From NCBI GenBank assembly GCA_022843405.1, contig JALHNQ010000010.1, positions 8,957 through 72,956 of the forward strand: DNA of 64,000 bases, read 5' to 3'. Shown one piece after another: positions 49,201-60,109 of the stretch. Made by a program: the position numbers and the translations under genes. The notes below the pieces were generated by a model, which worked only from the letters and a program-made list of their open reading frames with translations, was not told the origin of the DNA and did not search any database. The stretch's first letter is position 1. Every line of letters begins with the position of its first letter. Source of the stretch: Methylocystis sp. (GTDB lineage: Bacteria; Pseudomonadota; Alphaproteobacteria; Rhizobiales; Beijerinckiaceae).

Positions 49201-49493
49201 CCGGCATCCTCAATATCGTCATCTGGGCGCGGCTCTTCGAGCGCTACCGCCGCGAGACGATGGCGTCACGACTCATGCTGGTGGAAGGAAGGGCGCAGAA
49301 GAGCCCGGAGAATGTCATGCATCTGATGGCGCAGCGGATCATCGACCGCAGCGGCGATTTCAACAGGCTGTCAGAGGCGCATCGGCCCGAAATCGCCCTG
49401 TCGCGCGCCGACGAATTGATCCGTCCTCAACATCCGCGCAGCCGTCACCCGCGCGACGTTCGAATCCTGCCGAAATCGCGGGATTTTCACTAA
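46197..49493 (+). CDS. dnaE2: Error-prone DNA polymerase III alpha subunit (DnaE2/ImuC)
   Basis: FSFLRGASHP, QGRGSAANS, PPDIDVDFEH, KVDVLALGML, YGFPESHAASF and a C-terminal SRDFH motif. Confidence 0.97.
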   Translation: MSSPFAELVAATNFSFLRGASHPSDMALTALLLGHSGIGIADRNSVAGVVRAYAALKELREKLSDPPAGDEVTLAQLGAERAQSFKLAVGARLVFADETPDIIVYPQNRNGWAKLTRLLTIGNLRARKGECHLYVDDLARAARDLLLIVMPSRNLARLPSTLALLRDLAQGDVWLGATMPRRGDDRRRLAKLKEIAARGGTPLLATNDALYADPGQRDLQDVMTCIREGVTLAQAGRRLEVNAERHLKTPDEMARLFTDAPEAIEETQCFLARVDFSLDQLKYEYPDEPIPPGRNPQEWLEELTWRHAAMRYPQGVPEQVDKLLREELALIETLDYARYFLTIHDIVRIAEDKGILCQGRGSAANSAVCYVLGVTCVDPAENDLLFARFISQERKEPPDIDVDFEHERREEIIQHIYGKYGRERAGLVATVISYRPRSAIREVGKVFGLTEDVTAALAGMQWGSWGSDIPLAYIRQTGLDSENPIIRRAIHFAKRLLGFPRHLSQHVGGFVLARGRLDELTPIANAAMPDRTFIEWDKDDIDALGLMKVDVLALGMLTCIRKCFDYLRAHEERDIGLADVPSDDKATYDMLCRGDSIGVFQVESRAQMNMLPRLKPREFYDLVIQVAIVRPGPIQGNMVHPYLRRRSGSEPVIYPSPAPEHGPADELRKVLEKTKGVPLFQEQAMKLAMVAAKFSDVEANRLRRAMATFRNVGTIHQFESMMVERMAARGYDRGFAQSCFEQIKGFGSYGFPESHAASFAKLVYVSSWIKCHYPAIFACALLNSQPMGFYAPAQIVRDAREHGVEARAVDVNFSEWDNTLEHAENGDLALRLGFRQADGVHESEGRRIVEARTKSYDSVEDLARRAALNAATMRALADADAFRSLQSDRRDALWAVRRLPDAKPLPLFAAADARELAKEEDPLLPQMSLGEHVAADYQTLRLSLKAHPMAVLRPIFARERIRTCAEANALADGAFARAAGVVLVRQRPGQGNAIFVTLEDETGILNIVIWARLFERYRRETMASRLMLVEGRAQKSPENVMHLMAQRIIDRSGDFNRLSEAHRPEIALSRADELIRPQHPRSRHPRDVRILPKSRDFH

Positions 49494-49510
49494 ACTGCTG
49501 CAGACGCCGC

Positions 49511-49852
49511 TCAACTGCTCTTCAGCCGCTTGTCGGCCGGCAGGCTGGCCAGCGCCTGCTGGCGCAGCTTTTCGACTTCGACGCGCGTCTTGCGCGCCTC
49601 GGCGCGCGCGACCTTGGCGGCGCGGCGCACCGGCAGATGCCCAAGCCAGGAAGAGATTCCGCCGGCGAGCACGCCAATGGCGATCGACGCCAGAACGACG
49701 AGGAAGATCGGCGCCTCGAAAGAGGGACCGGATCCATCATTGGGCGCGAAGGGATCGAGGCCGATGCGAACCGATCCACGATTGGCCATCGAGAAAAACA
49801 GAATGACGAGCGCCAGCGGCACGAAAATGATGACGCGCAGGATGGACTTCAT
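49511..49852 (-). CDS. LapA/DUF1049-family membrane protein
   Basis: FSMANRGSVRIGLDPF and a second TM segment, in the usual position after ihfB. Confidence 0.8.
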   Translation of the reverse strand: MKSILRVIIFVPLALVILFFSMANRGSVRIGLDPFAPNDGSGPSFEAPIFLVVLASIAIGVLAGGISSWLGHLPVRRAAKVARAEARKTRVEVEKLRQQALASLPADKRLKSS

Positions 49853-49966
49853 GACATCTCCTCTTGCCGGTCGCCGCGCGACACGCGGGGCAGCCGCAAC
49901 CTACAGCCGCCGCACGCCATTGCCGCGCGTCCAGAGATCGAGAGGACGCAGCCGCCTTAGATCGTC

Positions 49967-50257
49967 TCAGCCCTGATAGTTCTCATTGAGGCGCTCGCGC
50001 ATCTCTTTGCCCGTCTTGAAGAAAGGCACGCTCTTTTCCTGAACCGAGACCTGCGCGCCGGTGCGCGGATTGCGGCCGGTGCGCGCATCGCGCTTCTTGA
50101 CCGAAAAAGCCCCAAAGCCCCGCAATTCGACGCGATCGCCGCGCGCCAGCGCGCTGGTGATCTCGTCGAGAATCGTGCTGACGATCGTCTCGACATCGCG
50201 CTGGTAGAGATGGCCGTTTCGCCGCGCGATGCGTTGAATGAGTTCCGACTTTATCAT
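49967..50257 (-). CDS. ihfB: Integration host factor beta subunit
   Basis: [11 protein letters not shown]...[10 protein letters not shown]...GRNPRTG...[15 protein letters not shown]. Confidence 0.96.
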   Translation of the reverse strand: MIKSELIQRIARRNGHLYQRDVETIVSTILDEITSALARGDRVELRGFGAFSVKKRDARTGRNPRTGAQVSVQEKSVPFFKTGKEMRERLNENYQG

Positions 50258-50310
50258 GAGCCGATCCAATAGCTTGGCGTCGAAAAAGCTAGTCCGCGAC
50301 GCCCCCCGAG

Positions 50311-51282
50311 TCAGTTCGCGGCCGAATGCTGCCAAATCGCCAATAGGCCGTCAAGCTCGCCGCTTCGTCCGAGCACGATTGTTTTTTCTAAAAAATCTGC
50401 GATCGAAGCCAATCCGGCGACCCGCGCGATTCCGGCCGCGCCCTCAATCAGCCCAAGCCGCTCAAGGCTGGATTTCTTCTTCCATTCCCGGACCGGCAGG
50501 TCCTTCGCAACGCCCTTGTTGGCGACAAGCCAGTCGATGGCCTCGCGCTGACCGCCGATGAGATCGACGAGCTTGAGCGGCACGCCCTGGCGCGCGGTGA
50601 ATATGCGTCCGTCGGAAATTTTCGCGAGCTGCGCGTCGTCGAGATTGCGCCGCTCCTGCACGAGGCCTTTGAACCAAGCATAGGAATCGGCGACAAGGCT
50701 CGCCACCGCCTCCCGAGCCGCCGGACTCGTCGGCTCGAAGCCGCTCGGCGCCGCCTTGAGCGGCGACGATTTGATCGTTTCGACCTCGACGCCCCAATTA
50801 TTCAATAGCTTCGAGACATTTGGATATTGGAACAGCACGCCGATCGAGCCGACGAGCGAATTGCCCCGGGCGACGATCGTATCTGCTGCAAGCGCGGCGA
50901 TATAGGCGCCGGAAGCAGCCACCGTGCCGACCACGGCGACGACCGGCTTCTTCTCGGCTACCCGCCGCAACTCATCATAAAGTCGCTCAGAGCCGGTCGT
51001 CGTTCCGCCGGGGCTTTCGATCTCCAGCAGCAAGGCCTTGGCCTGGTTCGACGCGCCGATCTTCTTGATCAGATCGATCGTATCGTCGTCGCCGAGGATC
51101 ATGCCCTGCAACTCGAAACGCGCGATATGCGGCGTGAGCTTATCGGCTGAGTCGGCGCCGCCGAGCCGAAACACTGCGACAAGTCCGGCGACGCCCAAGG
51201 CGCCAAGAGCGGCAAGGCGCCACCAGCCAAGCTTCCGGCGAAGCCTTCGGCGGTCAATGAGATAGTCCGTGGGAGTCGACAT
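50311..51282 (-). CDS. sppA: Signal peptide peptidase SppA (S49)
   Basis: [27 protein letters not shown] and KSSPLK. Confidence 0.93.
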   Translation of the reverse strand: MSTPTDYLIDRRRLRRKLGWWRLAALGALGVAGLVAVFRLGGADSADKLTPHIARFELQGMILGDDDTIDLIKKIGASNQAKALLLEIESPGGTTTGSERLYDELRRVAEKKPVVAVVGTVAASGAYIAALAADTIVARGNSLVGSIGVLFQYPNVSKLLNNWGVEVETIKSSPLKAAPSGFEPTSPAAREAVASLVADSYAWFKGLVQERRNLDDAQLAKISDGRIFTARQGVPLKLVDLIGGQREAIDWLVANKGVAKDLPVREWKKKSSLERLGLIEGAAGIARVAGLASIADFLEKTIVLGRSGELDGLLAIWQHSAAN

Positions 51283-51368
51283 CGGCACATCCGGGTTGGC
51301 GGCGCGGCGCGCAGCGCGCCATTGCGCAGGAAGGTAATTCCGCACTAGGCGATTTGGAAGACGCTGGC

Positions 51369-51686
51369 CTATCGGCGCGTGGCGTCGATCGCCCAGGCAA
51401 GATAATCAGGGTCCGCCTCGGCTACGTCGACGCGCAGGATTTCCGGCGTCTCATAGCTGTGCTGGCGGCGGACCAGTTCGGCGAGCGCGCGATAGTCCTC
51501 GCCACGCGCTTTCATGTGCAGCAAAAATTCCGTCTCTTCGCGCATCTCGCCCTTCCAGACGTAGCAGCTTCGAATGGGCATGATCTGAACGCAAGCGGCG
51601 AGTCTGGCGGAGAGCGCCATCTGGGCCAGCGCGCGCGCCTGTTCCTCGTCATCGACGGTCGTAACCAGGATCGCGAGCCCGCTCAT
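51369..51686 (-). CDS. cutA: Divalent-cation tolerance protein CutA
   Basis: RLAACVQI, YVWKG, EFLLHMK and HSYETPEI. Confidence 0.93.
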   Translation of the reverse strand: MSGLAILVTTVDDEEQARALAQMALSARLAACVQIMPIRSCYVWKGEMREETEFLLHMKARGEDYRALAELVRRQHSYETPEILRVDVAEADPDYLAWAIDATRR

Positions 51687-51692
51687 GCGCGC

Positions 51693-53135
51693 TCAGCCGC
51701 CGATCACGGTGGTGAGCACCTGGCCGCCTCGCGCCAGCGTGATTTTCCAATAGTAGGCGCGTCCCGCCGTGATCTTCTCCAATTCGCGCGTCGTCTCGAT
51801 CTTTTGATCGTTGACCGCGAGAATGACGTCGCCGCGCTGCAGATTGAGCTGTTGCGCGACAGTGCCATCGTCGATCTCGGAAACGACGACGCCATTGGCC
51901 GCTCCCTGGACGGACATTTCTTCGATGACCGCAGGGGAAATATTGACGACCGTCGCGCCCGCGAAGGGCGACGCGCCCTTGATCTTCACTGCGTCGCGCG
52001 GCGGCGTTTCGGGCGCCGGCGCGAGGCGGATTTGCGCCGCGATCTTCTTGCCGCCGCGCAGCACGCCGAGCGTCGCCTGGCCGCCGAGCGGCTTGGTCGC
52101 CAGACGATAGCCGACCGACTCAGGGTCGTCGGCCGTCTGTCCGTCGACCGATACAATCACGTCGCCGCGCTTCAAGCCGGCTTCGGCGGAGGGCCCTTTC
52201 GGGTCGACGTCGGCCAAGAGCGCGCCGGTCGGACGATCGAGCCCGAGACCGTCGGCGATTTCCTGCGAAAGCGTTTGCAGGCTCGCGCCCATCCAGGCCC
52301 GCTTCACCTGCTTGCCGCCGCCCTTCGCCGCGGCGATCACGCTTTTCACCATATTGGCGGGAATCGCGAAGCCGATGCCGACCGATCCGCCGGATTTGGA
52401 GAAAATCGCCGAATTGATGCCGACGACGCGGCCGTTCATATCGACGAGCGGCCCGCCCGAGTTGCCGGGATTGATCGCGGCGTCGGTCTGGATGAAGAAT
52501 CCGTAGTCGGAAATGCCGACATGGGTGCGCGCCAGCGCCGAAATGATGCCCTGCGTCACCGTCTGGCCGACCCCGAAAGGATTGCCGATCGCAAGCGTCA
52601 GATCGCCGACTTCAAGCGCGTCGGAATCGCCAAGCTCGATCATCGGAAAATTGGCGCCTTCAGTCAGTTTGAGCACGGCGAGATCGGTGCGCGGATCGCG
52701 CAGCAGAATCTTCGCGGGGATTTCGCGCTTGTCGGCGAGCGCGACTTTCACGTCGGTCATGCCCTCGATGACGTGATTATTGGTCACGACGAGGCCGCTC
52801 TGATCGACGATCACGCCGGAGCCCAGCGACTGCGCCATGTTGCGCCCGGGCATGCCGCCGCCCCCGCCAAAGAAGCGCTGGAAGACCGGATCCTCGAACA
52901 GCGGATTGGCCGGCATGCGCTCGACGCGCGAAGCGAAGACATTGACGACCGCCGGCTGCGCCTTTTTGACGATGGGCGCGAAGGACAGAGCAATGTCGGC
53001 GCGGCTTGTCGGAACCACGCGCTCCAGCGCAGGCTGCGCCTGCGCGCAGCGCAATTGCCCGCCCTCGACAAAAGGCGCAATGCCAGCGGCGCAGACGAGC
53101 GCCGCAAAAAAAATCTGACGCAAAGACAGGCGCAT
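51693..53135 (-). CDS. DegP/DegQ (HtrA) periplasmic serine endoprotease with two PDZ domains
   Basis: SLGSGVI, TNNHV, DLAVL and INPGNSGG. Start MRLSL at 53135. Confidence 0.95.
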   Translation of the reverse strand: MRLSLRQIFFAALVCAAGIAPFVEGGQLRCAQAQPALERVVPTSRADIALSFAPIVKKAQPAVVNVFASRVERMPANPLFEDPVFQRFFGGGGGMPGRNMAQSLGSGVIVDQSGLVVTNNHVIEGMTDVKVALADKREIPAKILLRDPRTDLAVLKLTEGANFPMIELGDSDALEVGDLTLAIGNPFGVGQTVTQGIISALARTHVGISDYGFFIQTDAAINPGNSGGPLVDMNGRVVGINSAIFSKSGGSVGIGFAIPANMVKSVIAAAKGGGKQVKRAWMGASLQTLSQEIADGLGLDRPTGALLADVDPKGPSAEAGLKRGDVIVSVDGQTADDPESVGYRLATKPLGGQATLGVLRGGKKIAAQIRLAPAPETPPRDAVKIKGASPFAGATVVNISPAVIEEMSVQGAANGVVVSEIDDGTVAQQLNLQRGDVILAVNDQKIETTRELEKITAGRAYYWKITLARGGQVLTTVIGG

Positions 53136-53202
53136 CGGCCGCTCCCATGAATCGCTAACGCAAATATAGCCTGAATCGGGACAGCGATAAGGAGGCATCG
53201 AC

Positions 53203-53394
53203 TCAGCGTGGCGCGAACGAAGCGCGGCCGCCGATGCAACCGATGGCGCCGACGCGCGGACCGACGAGATAGCCGAGAAGCGGTAGATCGGGGATCAGGA
53301 ACAGCAGAGCGAACCGGCCCCAGCTCGCACCCAACCGCCAATACGCAAAAGAGGCGGCCGCCAGAAGCGCCGCCCCTTCGAATCGCAACGGCAT
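53203..53394 (-). pseudogene. Truncated DUF4260-like membrane protein fragment
   Basis: LRFEGAALLAAASFAY...LFLIPDLPLLGYLVGPRVGA resembles the N-half of DUF4260. The ORF ends after about 63 aa. Confidence 0.6.
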
Positions 53395-53444
53395 TGTCGG
53401 CCCGCCCGAAACATCGGATCGCGACTCAGGCCGGATCATCATCG

Positions 53445-53858
53445 TTACGCCGCTTGTTCCTCGCTTTTGGCTGGCCCGGAATCCTGGCCTTTGGCGTCGA
53501 CGTCGCGGTCGACGAATTCGATCACAGCGAGCGGCGCGTTGTCGCCATAGCGGAAGCCCGCCTTCAACACGCGCGTATAGCCGCCGTTACGGTCTTTGTA
53601 GCGAGGCCCCAGCACGTCGAAGAGCTTGCCGACGAGCTTCACGTCCTTGATCTGCGCGATCGCCTGACGGCGCGCATGGAGATCGCCGCGCTTGCCGAGC
53701 GTCACCAGCTTCTCGACGACGGGGCGAAGGTCCTTCGCCTTGTATAGCGTCGTGACAATCTGCTCATGCTTGATGAGCGCCTGCGCCATATTGGCGAACA
53801 TCGCCTTGCGGTGCTCATGCGTGCGCCCGAAGCGGCGCTTCTTGTGACCGTGATACAT
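53445..53858 (-). CDS. rplQ: 50S ribosomal protein L17
   Basis: [10 protein letters not shown]...HEQIVTT...GGYTRVLK. Confidence 0.98.
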   Translation of the reverse strand: MYHGHKKRRFGRTHEHRKAMFANMAQALIKHEQIVTTLYKAKDLRPVVEKLVTLGKRGDLHARRQAIAQIKDVKLVGKLFDVLGPRYKDRNGGYTRVLKAGFRYGDNAPLAVIEFVDRDVDAKGQDSGPAKSEEQAA

Positions 53859-53911
53859 GCGGCTCTCCGTTGATTATGCGGCCGCCGTGCCAAGGAACGG
53901 CCGTCGTTTAT

Positions 53912-53980
53912 CGGCAGTCGGCAAATTGGCAATAGGCAGTCGGGAAAAACCAACTGCCGACTGCCGAAGACCGACTGCCG
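53912..53980. repeat. Heptamer-based palindromic element (GGCAGTC units), copy A
   Basis: CGGCAGTCGG...GGCAGTCGG-gaaaaa-CCAACTGCCGACTGCCG...CCGACTGCCG, directly after the rpoA stop. Confidence 0.8.
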
Positions 53981-55000
53981 TCAATAATGCTCCTCGAATC
54001 TCTTCGCGAGATCGTCGATATTCTCCGGCGGCCAGCCGGGCACTTCCATGCCGAGATGCAGGCCCATTTGCGCCAGCACTTCCTTGATCTCGTTCAATGA
54101 CTTGCGGCCGAAGTTCGGCGTGCGCAGCATTTCCGCTTCCGACTTCTGGATGAGGTCGCCGATATAGACGATATTGTCGTTCTTCAGACAGTTCGCCGAA
54201 CGCACCGAAAGCTCCAATTCGTCGACCTTCTTCAGCAGCGCCGGATTGAAGGCGAGCTGCGGGATCGACGGGGCGGCCTCTTCGCGGCGCGGCTCTTCGA
54301 AATTGACGAAGACGTTGAGCTGGTCCTGCAGAATGCGCGCCGAAAAGGCGAGCGCGTCTTCGGGAGTCATGGCGCCGTTGGTTTCGAGCGTCAGCGTCAA
54401 CTTGTCATAGTCGAGAACCTGGCCCTCGCGGGTGTTCTCGACGCGATAGCTCACCTTCTTCACCGGCGAATAGAGGCTGTCGATCGGAATGAGGCCGATT
54501 GGCGCGTCTTCGGCGCGGTTGCGGTCGGCGGGCGCATAGCCCTTGCCGGTCGCAATGGTGAATTCGATGCGGATCTCAGCGCCCTCGTCGAGCGTGCAGA
54601 TGACGAGATCTGGGTTCAGAATCTGGACGTCGCCCGACGTCTGGATGTCGCCAGCGGTGACGACTCCCGGTCCGGTCTTCTTGAGCGTCAGGCGCTTCAC
54701 GCCCTCGCCCTGATATTTGATGGCGATGTCCTTGATGTTGAGGACGATGTCGGTCACGTCCTCGCGCACGCCGGGGATCGACGAGAATTCATGCAGCACC
54801 CCGTCGATGTGAATCGACGTGATCGCCGCGCCCTGCAAGGACGACAGCAGGATGCGGCGAAGGGCGTTGCCGAGCGTCACGCCGAAGCCGCGCTCGAGCG
54901 GCTCGGCGACGGCCGTCGCCACGCGCTTCGGATCGTCTCCGGCGGTGACGTCGAGCTTGTTCGGCTTGATGAGTTCCTGCCAGTTCTTCTGGATGCTCAC
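53981..55000 (-). CDS. rpoA: RNA polymerase alpha subunit
   Basis: [21 protein letters not shown] and [14 protein letters not shown]. Confidence 0.99.
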   Translation of the reverse strand: MSIQKNWQELIKPNKLDVTAGDDPKRVATAVAEPLERGFGVTLGNALRRILLSSLQGAAITSIHIDGVLHEFSSIPGVREDVTDIVLNIKDIAIKYQGEGVKRLTLKKTGPGVVTAGDIQTSGDVQILNPDLVICTLDEGAEIRIEFTIATGKGYAPADRNRAEDAPIGLIPIDSLYSPVKKVSYRVENTREGQVLDYDKLTLTLETNGAMTPEDALAFSARILQDQLNVFVNFEEPRREEAAPSIPQLAFNPALLKKVDELELSVRSANCLKNDNIVYIGDLIQKSEAEMLRTPNFGRKSLNEIKEVLAQMGLHLGMEVPGWPPENIDDLAKRFEEHY

Positions 55001-55089
55001 TTGGAGGCCTTTCCTTGAAGCTCCTGAACGCGGCGTCGGGGCATGTGTCGCGCGCCGCGCGAAATCAAATCGGGCAATCTGAAATAACC

Positions 55090-55479
55090 TCAGACGCGGC
55101 GCCGCTTGCGCGGCCGGCAGCCGTTATGCGGAATGGGCGTCACGTCGCGGATCGAGGTGACGGTGAAGCCCGCCGCCTGCAGCGCGCGCAACGCCGACTC
55201 GCGACCCGAGCCCGGGCCGGAGACTTCCACTTCGAGCGTGCGCACGCCGTGCTCGCCGGCCTTGCGGGCGGCGTCTTCGGCGGCCATCTGCGCCGCGTAG
55301 GGCGTCGATTTGCGCGAACCCTTGAAGCCCATCGCCCCTGCCGACGACCAGGAAACTGTGTTGCCCTGCGCGTCGGTGATGGTGATCATGGTGTTGTTGA
55401 ACGTCGAATTCACATGCGCGACGCCGGAAACGATGTTCTTGCGCTCGCGGCGACGAACGCGCGTTGTGTCCTTGGCCAT
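55090..55479 (-). CDS. rpsK: 30S ribosomal protein S11
   Basis: [23 protein letters not shown]. Confidence 0.99.
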   Translation of the reverse strand: MAKDTTRVRRRERKNIVSGVAHVNSTFNNTMITITDAQGNTVSWSSAGAMGFKGSRKSTPYAAQMAAEDAARKAGEHGVRTLEVEVSGPGSGRESALRALQAAGFTVTSIRDVTPIPHNGCRPRKRRRV

Positions 55480-55533
55480 TGTTCAGTTTGCCTTTCGATA
55501 TCGACGCCGCCGTAATTCCAGCGGCTCCACCTG

Positions 55534-55600
55534 GGCAGTCGGCAGTCGGGCTTCGGCAGTCGGAAAAAACCGAATGCCGAATGCCGACTTACGACCGCCG
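55534..55600. repeat. Heptamer-based palindromic element, copy B
   Basis: GGCAGTCGGCAGTCGG...CGGCAGTCGG-aaaaaa-CCGAATGCCGAATGCCGAC..., directly after the rpsM stop. Confidence 0.8.
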
Positions 55601-55603
55601 GAA

Positions 55604-55972
55604 TTATTTCTTCTTGCCGGCGATCGGCTTCGCCTTGCCCTTGCGGGTGCGGGCGTTGGTGTGTGTGCGCTGGCCACGCACGGGCAATTGCCGGCGATGG
55701 CGCAAACCGCGATAGCAGCCAAGGTCCATCAGGCGCTTGATATTGATCGACACCTCGCGGCGCAGATCGCCCTCGACCATGTAATCGCGGTCGATGGTCT
55801 CGCGAATTTGCAGCACTTCCGCGTCGGTGAGCTGCGCCACGCGCCGCTCCGACGGAATGCTCACCTTCTCGCAAATCTCCGCCGCTTTCTTGGGGCCGAT
55901 GCCGTGGATATATTGGAGCGCGATAACGACGCGCTTGTTGGTCGGTATATTGACGCCTGCAATACGGGCCAC
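55604..55972 (-). CDS. rpsM: 30S ribosomal protein S13
   Basis: [16 protein letters not shown]...[12 protein letters not shown]. Confidence 0.99.
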   Translation of the reverse strand: MARIAGVNIPTNKRVVIALQYIHGIGPKKAAEICEKVSIPSERRVAQLTDAEVLQIRETIDRDYMVEGDLRREVSINIKRLMDLGCYRGLRHRRQLPVRGQRTHTNARTRKGKAKPIAGKKK

Positions 55973-56291
55973 TGTGCCTCTCCATTAGGGGGAGCTGTCG
56001 CTCCCAAGTTGACGCCCGCGTCCGGTGGAGCCCGGCCCTTGCGGACGGCTGCGAACCGTTTTCATACGAAAACGGGCCCCGCCCCCCAAGCCGGGAGCCG
56101 GAGCCGCCTGTTCGACAACGTGAAGAGCGTTTATTTAGGGGCGAACGGCCAATGGGTCAAGCGGCTTCATGAAAATACTGGAGCGTGCTTCGAAAACGCG
56201 CAACCCGACTTTTCGCGCGGAGCGCGCTCCCTACGTTTGAGATCGATCACGAAAACCACATTCCGGCGATCGCGCCCTAAGGCGGCGTGAT

Positions 56292-56891
56292 CTAGCCGCG
56301 GTCGATCGTCGCGCCGACAAGCGCGCGATCGATCGCCGCCGTCACCTCGTCGATCGGCGCCATGCCGTCGATCCTGGTCAGTTGGCTGCGCCCGGCATAA
56401 TGGGCCGACACGGGCGCGGTCTGGACGCGATAGGCCTCGAGCCGCGTCTTGAAGCTCTCCGGATTGTCGTCGGCGCGCACGGCGCCGCCAGCGGCGACGG
56501 TCTCGTCCACCCGCTTGCGCATCCGATCGACCAGCGCGCCCTCGTCGACGACAAGCTCAAGCACGGCGTCGAGCGCCATGCCCTTGCGAGCGAGAAGCTC
56601 GCGCAGCGTCTCGGCCTGGGCCACGGTGCGCGGAAAGCCGTCAAGGATGAACCCCTTGGCGCAGTCCGGCGAATCCAGGCGCTCGTCGATCAGTCCGATC
56701 ACCACCGCGTCCGGCACTAGAGCGCCGGCGTCCATGATCTCCTTGGCCTTGAGCCCGATCGGCGTTTTCGCGGCGACCGCGGCGCGCAGCATGTCGCCGG
56801 TCGAAAGCTGCGGCACGCCGTGCCTTTCGACCAGACGCATCGCCTGCGTTCCCTTGCCGGCCCCCGGCGGACCGAGCAGCACCAGCCTCAT
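56292..56891 (-). CDS. adk: Adenylate kinase (short LID)
   Basis: [24 protein letters not shown] and RADDN. Confidence 0.97.
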   Translation of the reverse strand: MRLVLLGPPGAGKGTQAMRLVERHGVPQLSTGDMLRAAVAAKTPIGLKAKEIMDAGALVPDAVVIGLIDERLDSPDCAKGFILDGFPRTVAQAETLRELLARKGMALDAVLELVVDEGALVDRMRKRVDETVAAGGAVRADDNPESFKTRLEAYRVQTAPVSAHYAGRSQLTRIDGMAPIDEVTAAIDRALVGATIDRG

Positions 56892-58228
56892 CGCGCGCGC
56901 TTTCCGCCGCGAAGCTTGGTTTTGCGGATCAGCCCCTCATATTGCTGCGCCTGCATGTGGCCGTGAATTTGCGACACCGTATCCATCGTCACGCTAACGA
57001 CGATCAGCAGCGACGTGCCGCCAAAATAGAATGGCAGGTTGGCGTAGGCGATCAGCGCTTCTGGGATGAGACAGATAATGGCGAGATAGGCGGCGCCGAG
57101 CACGGTGATTCGCATCAGAACGTCGTCGATGAATTTCGCGGTGCGCTCGCCCGGGCGAATGCCAGGCAGGAAGCCGCCATGCTTCTTGAGATTGTCCGCC
57201 GTCTCGACCGGATTGAACACGATCGCGGTATAGAAGAAGGCGAAGAAGACAATCAATCCGACATAGGCGAGCATATACAGCGGCCGGCCGTGGCCGAAAT
57301 AAGCGGAAATCGTCGCGAAAACGCTTTCGCTGCCGGTCGACTGATAGAAATTCGCGACCGTCGTCGGCAAAAGCAGCAACGACGAGGCGAAGATCGGCGG
57401 AATGACGCCGGAGGTGTTGAGCTTCAGCGGCAGGAACGACGTCTGTCCCTCATAGACCCGATTGCCGTGCTGGCGCTTGGGATAGGTGATCAGCAGGCGC
57501 CGCTGCGCGCGCTCCATGAAGACGATAAAGGCGACGACGCCGAAGGACATGACGATGACGCCGATGATCAGCGCGGTCGAGATCGCGCCCTGACGCCCCA
57601 GCTCCAAAGTCGACACGATCGCCGACGGGAAAGCGGCGACGATGCCGGCGAAGATGATCAGCGAGGAGCCGTTGCCGATGCCGCGCGAGGTGATCTGCTC
57701 GCCAAGCCACATCAGGAACATCGTGCCGCCGACGAGCGTCACGACCGTGGTGATGCGGAAGAAAATGCCCGGATCGGTGACGACGCCCGGCTGGCCCTCG
57801 AGCCCGATCGCCATGGCGTAGGCCTGGAAGGTCGCGAGCGCGACGGTCAGGTAGCGCGTATATTGATTGAGGACTTTGCGCCCCTGCTCGCCCTCTTTCT
57901 TCAGCGTTTCGAGCGTCGGAATGACCGACGTCAGCAGCTGGATGATGATCGAGGCCGAAATATAGGGCATGATATTGAGCGCGAAAATCGCGCGGCGCTG
58001 CACCGCGCCGCCCGCGAACATGTTGAAAAGCTCCAGCATGCCCTTCGACTGGCCGAAGAAGCTTTTCGCGAAGGCTTCGGGGTCGATGCCGGGCAGCGGC
58101 ACGTAAGTGCCGAGGCGGTAGACGATCAGCGCGCCCAGCGTGAACCAGATGCGCTTCTTCAACTCCTCGGATTTGCCGAAGGCGGAGAGATTGACGTTGG
58201 CCGCGAGCTGCTCGGCTGCCGATGCCAT
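56888..58228 (-). CDS. secY: Preprotein translocase subunit SecY
   Basis: [33 protein letters not shown] and GGTSLLI. Start MASAAEQ at 58228. Confidence 0.98.
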   Translation of the reverse strand: MASAAEQLAANVNLSAFGKSEELKKRIWFTLGALIVYRLGTYVPLPGIDPEAFAKSFFGQSKGMLELFNMFAGGAVQRRAIFALNIMPYISASIIIQLLTSVIPTLETLKKEGEQGRKVLNQYTRYLTVALATFQAYAMAIGLEGQPGVVTDPGIFFRITTVVTLVGGTMFLMWLGEQITSRGIGNGSSLIIFAGIVAAFPSAIVSTLELGRQGAISTALIIGVIVMSFGVVAFIVFMERAQRRLLITYPKRQHGNRVYEGQTSFLPLKLNTSGVIPPIFASSLLLLPTTVANFYQSTGSESVFATISAYFGHGRPLYMLAYVGLIVFFAFFYTAIVFNPVETADNLKKHGGFLPGIRPGERTAKFIDDVLMRITVLGAAYLAIICLIPEALIAYANLPFYFGGTSLLIVVSVTMDTVSQIHGHMQAQQYEGLIRKTKLRGGKRAR

Positions 58229-58376
58229 GTAGGAACTCCCCTGTCGCGCCGCCAAGCATGCGACGCATTTTGTTGGGCGGAGGGCGAGCGCTTCGCCGAG
58301 GCTCGCCCGGCTCCGCAAGGAGCGCTTGATATAAAACAGCGCGGCCGCTCATGCGAGAGCGGCCGCGCATTTTGCT

Positions 58377-58853
58377 CTATGGCGCCGTCGACTCGCCGGC
58401 GAGAAGCTTTAACGAACCGCCCGCCGCTTCGATCGCGGCGACCGCCGACTTCGAGGCCGCCGCGACCTCGAAGGCGAGCTTGGCCTTCAACTCGCCCTGG
58501 CCGAGTATTTTGACGCCGTCGCGGGGCTTGGCGACAACGCCCGCCGCCAGCAGCGCGTCGAGCGTCACCGGCGCATTGGCGTCGAGCTTGCCGGCGTCGA
58601 CCGCCTGCTGGATGCGCCCGAGATTGACCTCGTTGTAGTCGACCGAGAAGGGATTGTAGAATCCGCGCTTGGGCAGGCGGCGATGCAGCGGCATCTGGCC
58701 GCCCTCGAATCCCTTGATCGCGACGCCGGTGCGCGCCTTCTGACCCTTGACGCCGCGGCCGCCGGTCTTGCCCTTGCCAGAGCCGATGCCGCGGCCGACG
58801 CGCATGCGGTTCTTGCTTGCGCCCGAATTGTCGGAAAGTTCGTTGAGTTTCAT
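58377..58853 (-). CDS. rplO: 50S ribosomal protein L15
   Basis: [19 protein letters not shown]. Confidence 0.98.
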   Translation of the reverse strand: MKLNELSDNSGASKNRMRVGRGIGSGKGKTGGRGVKGQKARTGVAIKGFEGGQMPLHRRLPKRGFYNPFSVDYNEVNLGRIQQAVDAGKLDANAPVTLDALLAAGVVAKPRDGVKILGQGELKAKLAFEVAAASKSAVAAIEAAGGSLKLLAGESTAP

Positions 58854-58863
58854 GGCCGCGTCC

Positions 58864-59073
58864 TCACTTCCCGTCGCTCGTTTCGCCGTCGACGATTTTG
58901 ACGAGATGCGCCACCTTGGCGATCATGCCGCGCACGGCCGGCGTATCTTCCAGCGCGCGGCGACGGCCGATGCGCGTCAGGCCGAGGCCGAGAAGCGTGC
59001 GACGCTGGCGCTCGGGACGGCCGATCGGGCTGCCGGTCTGCTCGACGACGATCTGCTGCTTGTTCTTGGTCAT
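58864..59073 (-). CDS. rpmD: 50S ribosomal protein L30
   Basis: SPIGR...TLLGLGL...VRGMIAKV. Confidence 0.96.
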   Translation of the reverse strand: MTKNKQQIVVEQTGSPIGRPERQRRTLLGLGLTRIGRRRALEDTPAVRGMIAKVAHLVKIVDGETSDGK

Positions 59074-59084
59074 GGGTCGCCTCC

Positions 59085-59657
59085 TTACGCGTCGACGGCG
59101 TCGGCGTCGACGCCTTGACGGCGCGACTGCAGCACCGAGACTTTGAGCGAGCGGCGCGCCGCGACCGAGCGCGGCGAATCCTCGTGGCCGAGCGCGTTGA
59201 AGGTCGCGCGGATCATGTTGTAGGGGTTGGAAGAGCCTTGGCTCTTCGCCACCACGTCATGCATGCCGAGCGTCTCGAAGACGGCGCGCATCGGCCCGCC
59301 CGCGATGATGCCCGTGCCCGCCGGCGCCGCGCGGAGAATGACGCGGCCCGCGCCATGGCGGCCCTGCACGTCATGATGCAGCGTGCGCCCTTCGCGCAGC
59401 GGCACGCGGATCAACGCGCGCTTCGCCGCTTCGGTCGCCTTGCGGATCGCTTCAGGCACTTCGCGCGCCTTGCCGTGTCCGTAGCCGACGCGACCCTTCT
59501 GGTCGCCGACGACGACGAGCGCGGCGAAGCCGAAGCGCCGGCCGCCCTTCACCACCTTGGCGACGCGATTGATATGGACCAGCCGATCCACAAATTCGCT
59601 GTCGCGGTCGTCTCGATCCCGGTCGCGACCGCGACCGCCTTCTCCATCACGCGCCAT
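59085..59657 (-). CDS. rpsE: 30S ribosomal protein S5
   Basis: [22 protein letters not shown]. Confidence 0.98.
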   Translation of the reverse strand: MARDGEGGRGRDRDRDDRDSEFVDRLVHINRVAKVVKGGRRFGFAALVVVGDQKGRVGYGHGKAREVPEAIRKATEAAKRALIRVPLREGRTLHHDVQGRHGAGRVILRAAPAGTGIIAGGPMRAVFETLGMHDVVAKSQGSSNPYNMIRATFNALGHEDSPRSVAARRSLKVSVLQSRRQGVDADAVDA

Positions 59658-59710
59658 TTTCTCTTCCGTCACTTACGCAGCGCATCGCCGCGCCGCTCGC
59701 TTCGTTTCGT

Positions 59711-59735
59711 CCCGCTCCCGCGAGCGGGAGAAGGG
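59711..59735. repeat. Short REP-like hairpin (CTCCCGC-GA-GCGGGAG) between rplR and rpsE
   Basis: 7-bp perfect stem at 59715-59730, resembling the common alphaproteobacterial CCCTCTCCC...GGGAGAGGG repeat. Confidence 0.5.
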
Positions 59736-59737
59736 AT

Positions 59738-60100
59738 TTAAAATTCCAGGCCGCCCTCTCGGGCGCCTTCGGCCAGCGCCTTGACGCGGCCGTGATACAT
59801 GTAAGCGCCGCGGTCGAACACGACCTGTTTGACGCCCTTGGCGACGGCGCGTTCGGCGAGCAGCTTGCCGACGACCTTCGCCGCCTCGACATTCGCGCCG
59901 GTCTTCAGACCTTCGCGATTGTCCTTCTCAAGCGAAGAGGCGGCGACGACCGTCGCGCCCTTCTCGTCGTCGATGATCTGGGCGTAAATCTGCTTCGACG
60001 AGCGAAACACCGACAGACGCAGACGCCCATAGGCGCGCTCACGGATCGCCCGGCGCACGCGCGCCTTGCGACGCTGCTCGACATTGACATCCCTGGGCAT
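59738..60100 (-). CDS. rplR: 50S ribosomal protein L18
   Basis: [26 protein letters not shown]. Confidence 0.98.
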   Translation of the reverse strand: MPRDVNVEQRRKARVRRAIRERAYGRLRLSVFRSSKQIYAQIIDDEKGATVVAASSLEKDNREGLKTGANVEAAKVVGKLLAERAVAKGVKQVVFDRGAYMYHGRVKALAEGAREGGLEF

Positions 60101-60109
60101 GGCGGGTCC

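Noticed and set aside
43941-49493. imuA-imuB-dnaE2 cassette as a novelty
   Set aside because: A well-characterised SOS mutasome with a canonical LexA box.
53203-53394. DUF4260-like fragment as a functional small protein
   Set aside because: It looks like a truncated remnant; the homology stops halfway and the tail is unrelated.
55990-56005. GGGAGC-tgtc-GCTCCC hairpin in the rpsM leader
   Set aside because: Could be an autoregulatory structure, but a 6-bp GC stem alone is not enough evidence.
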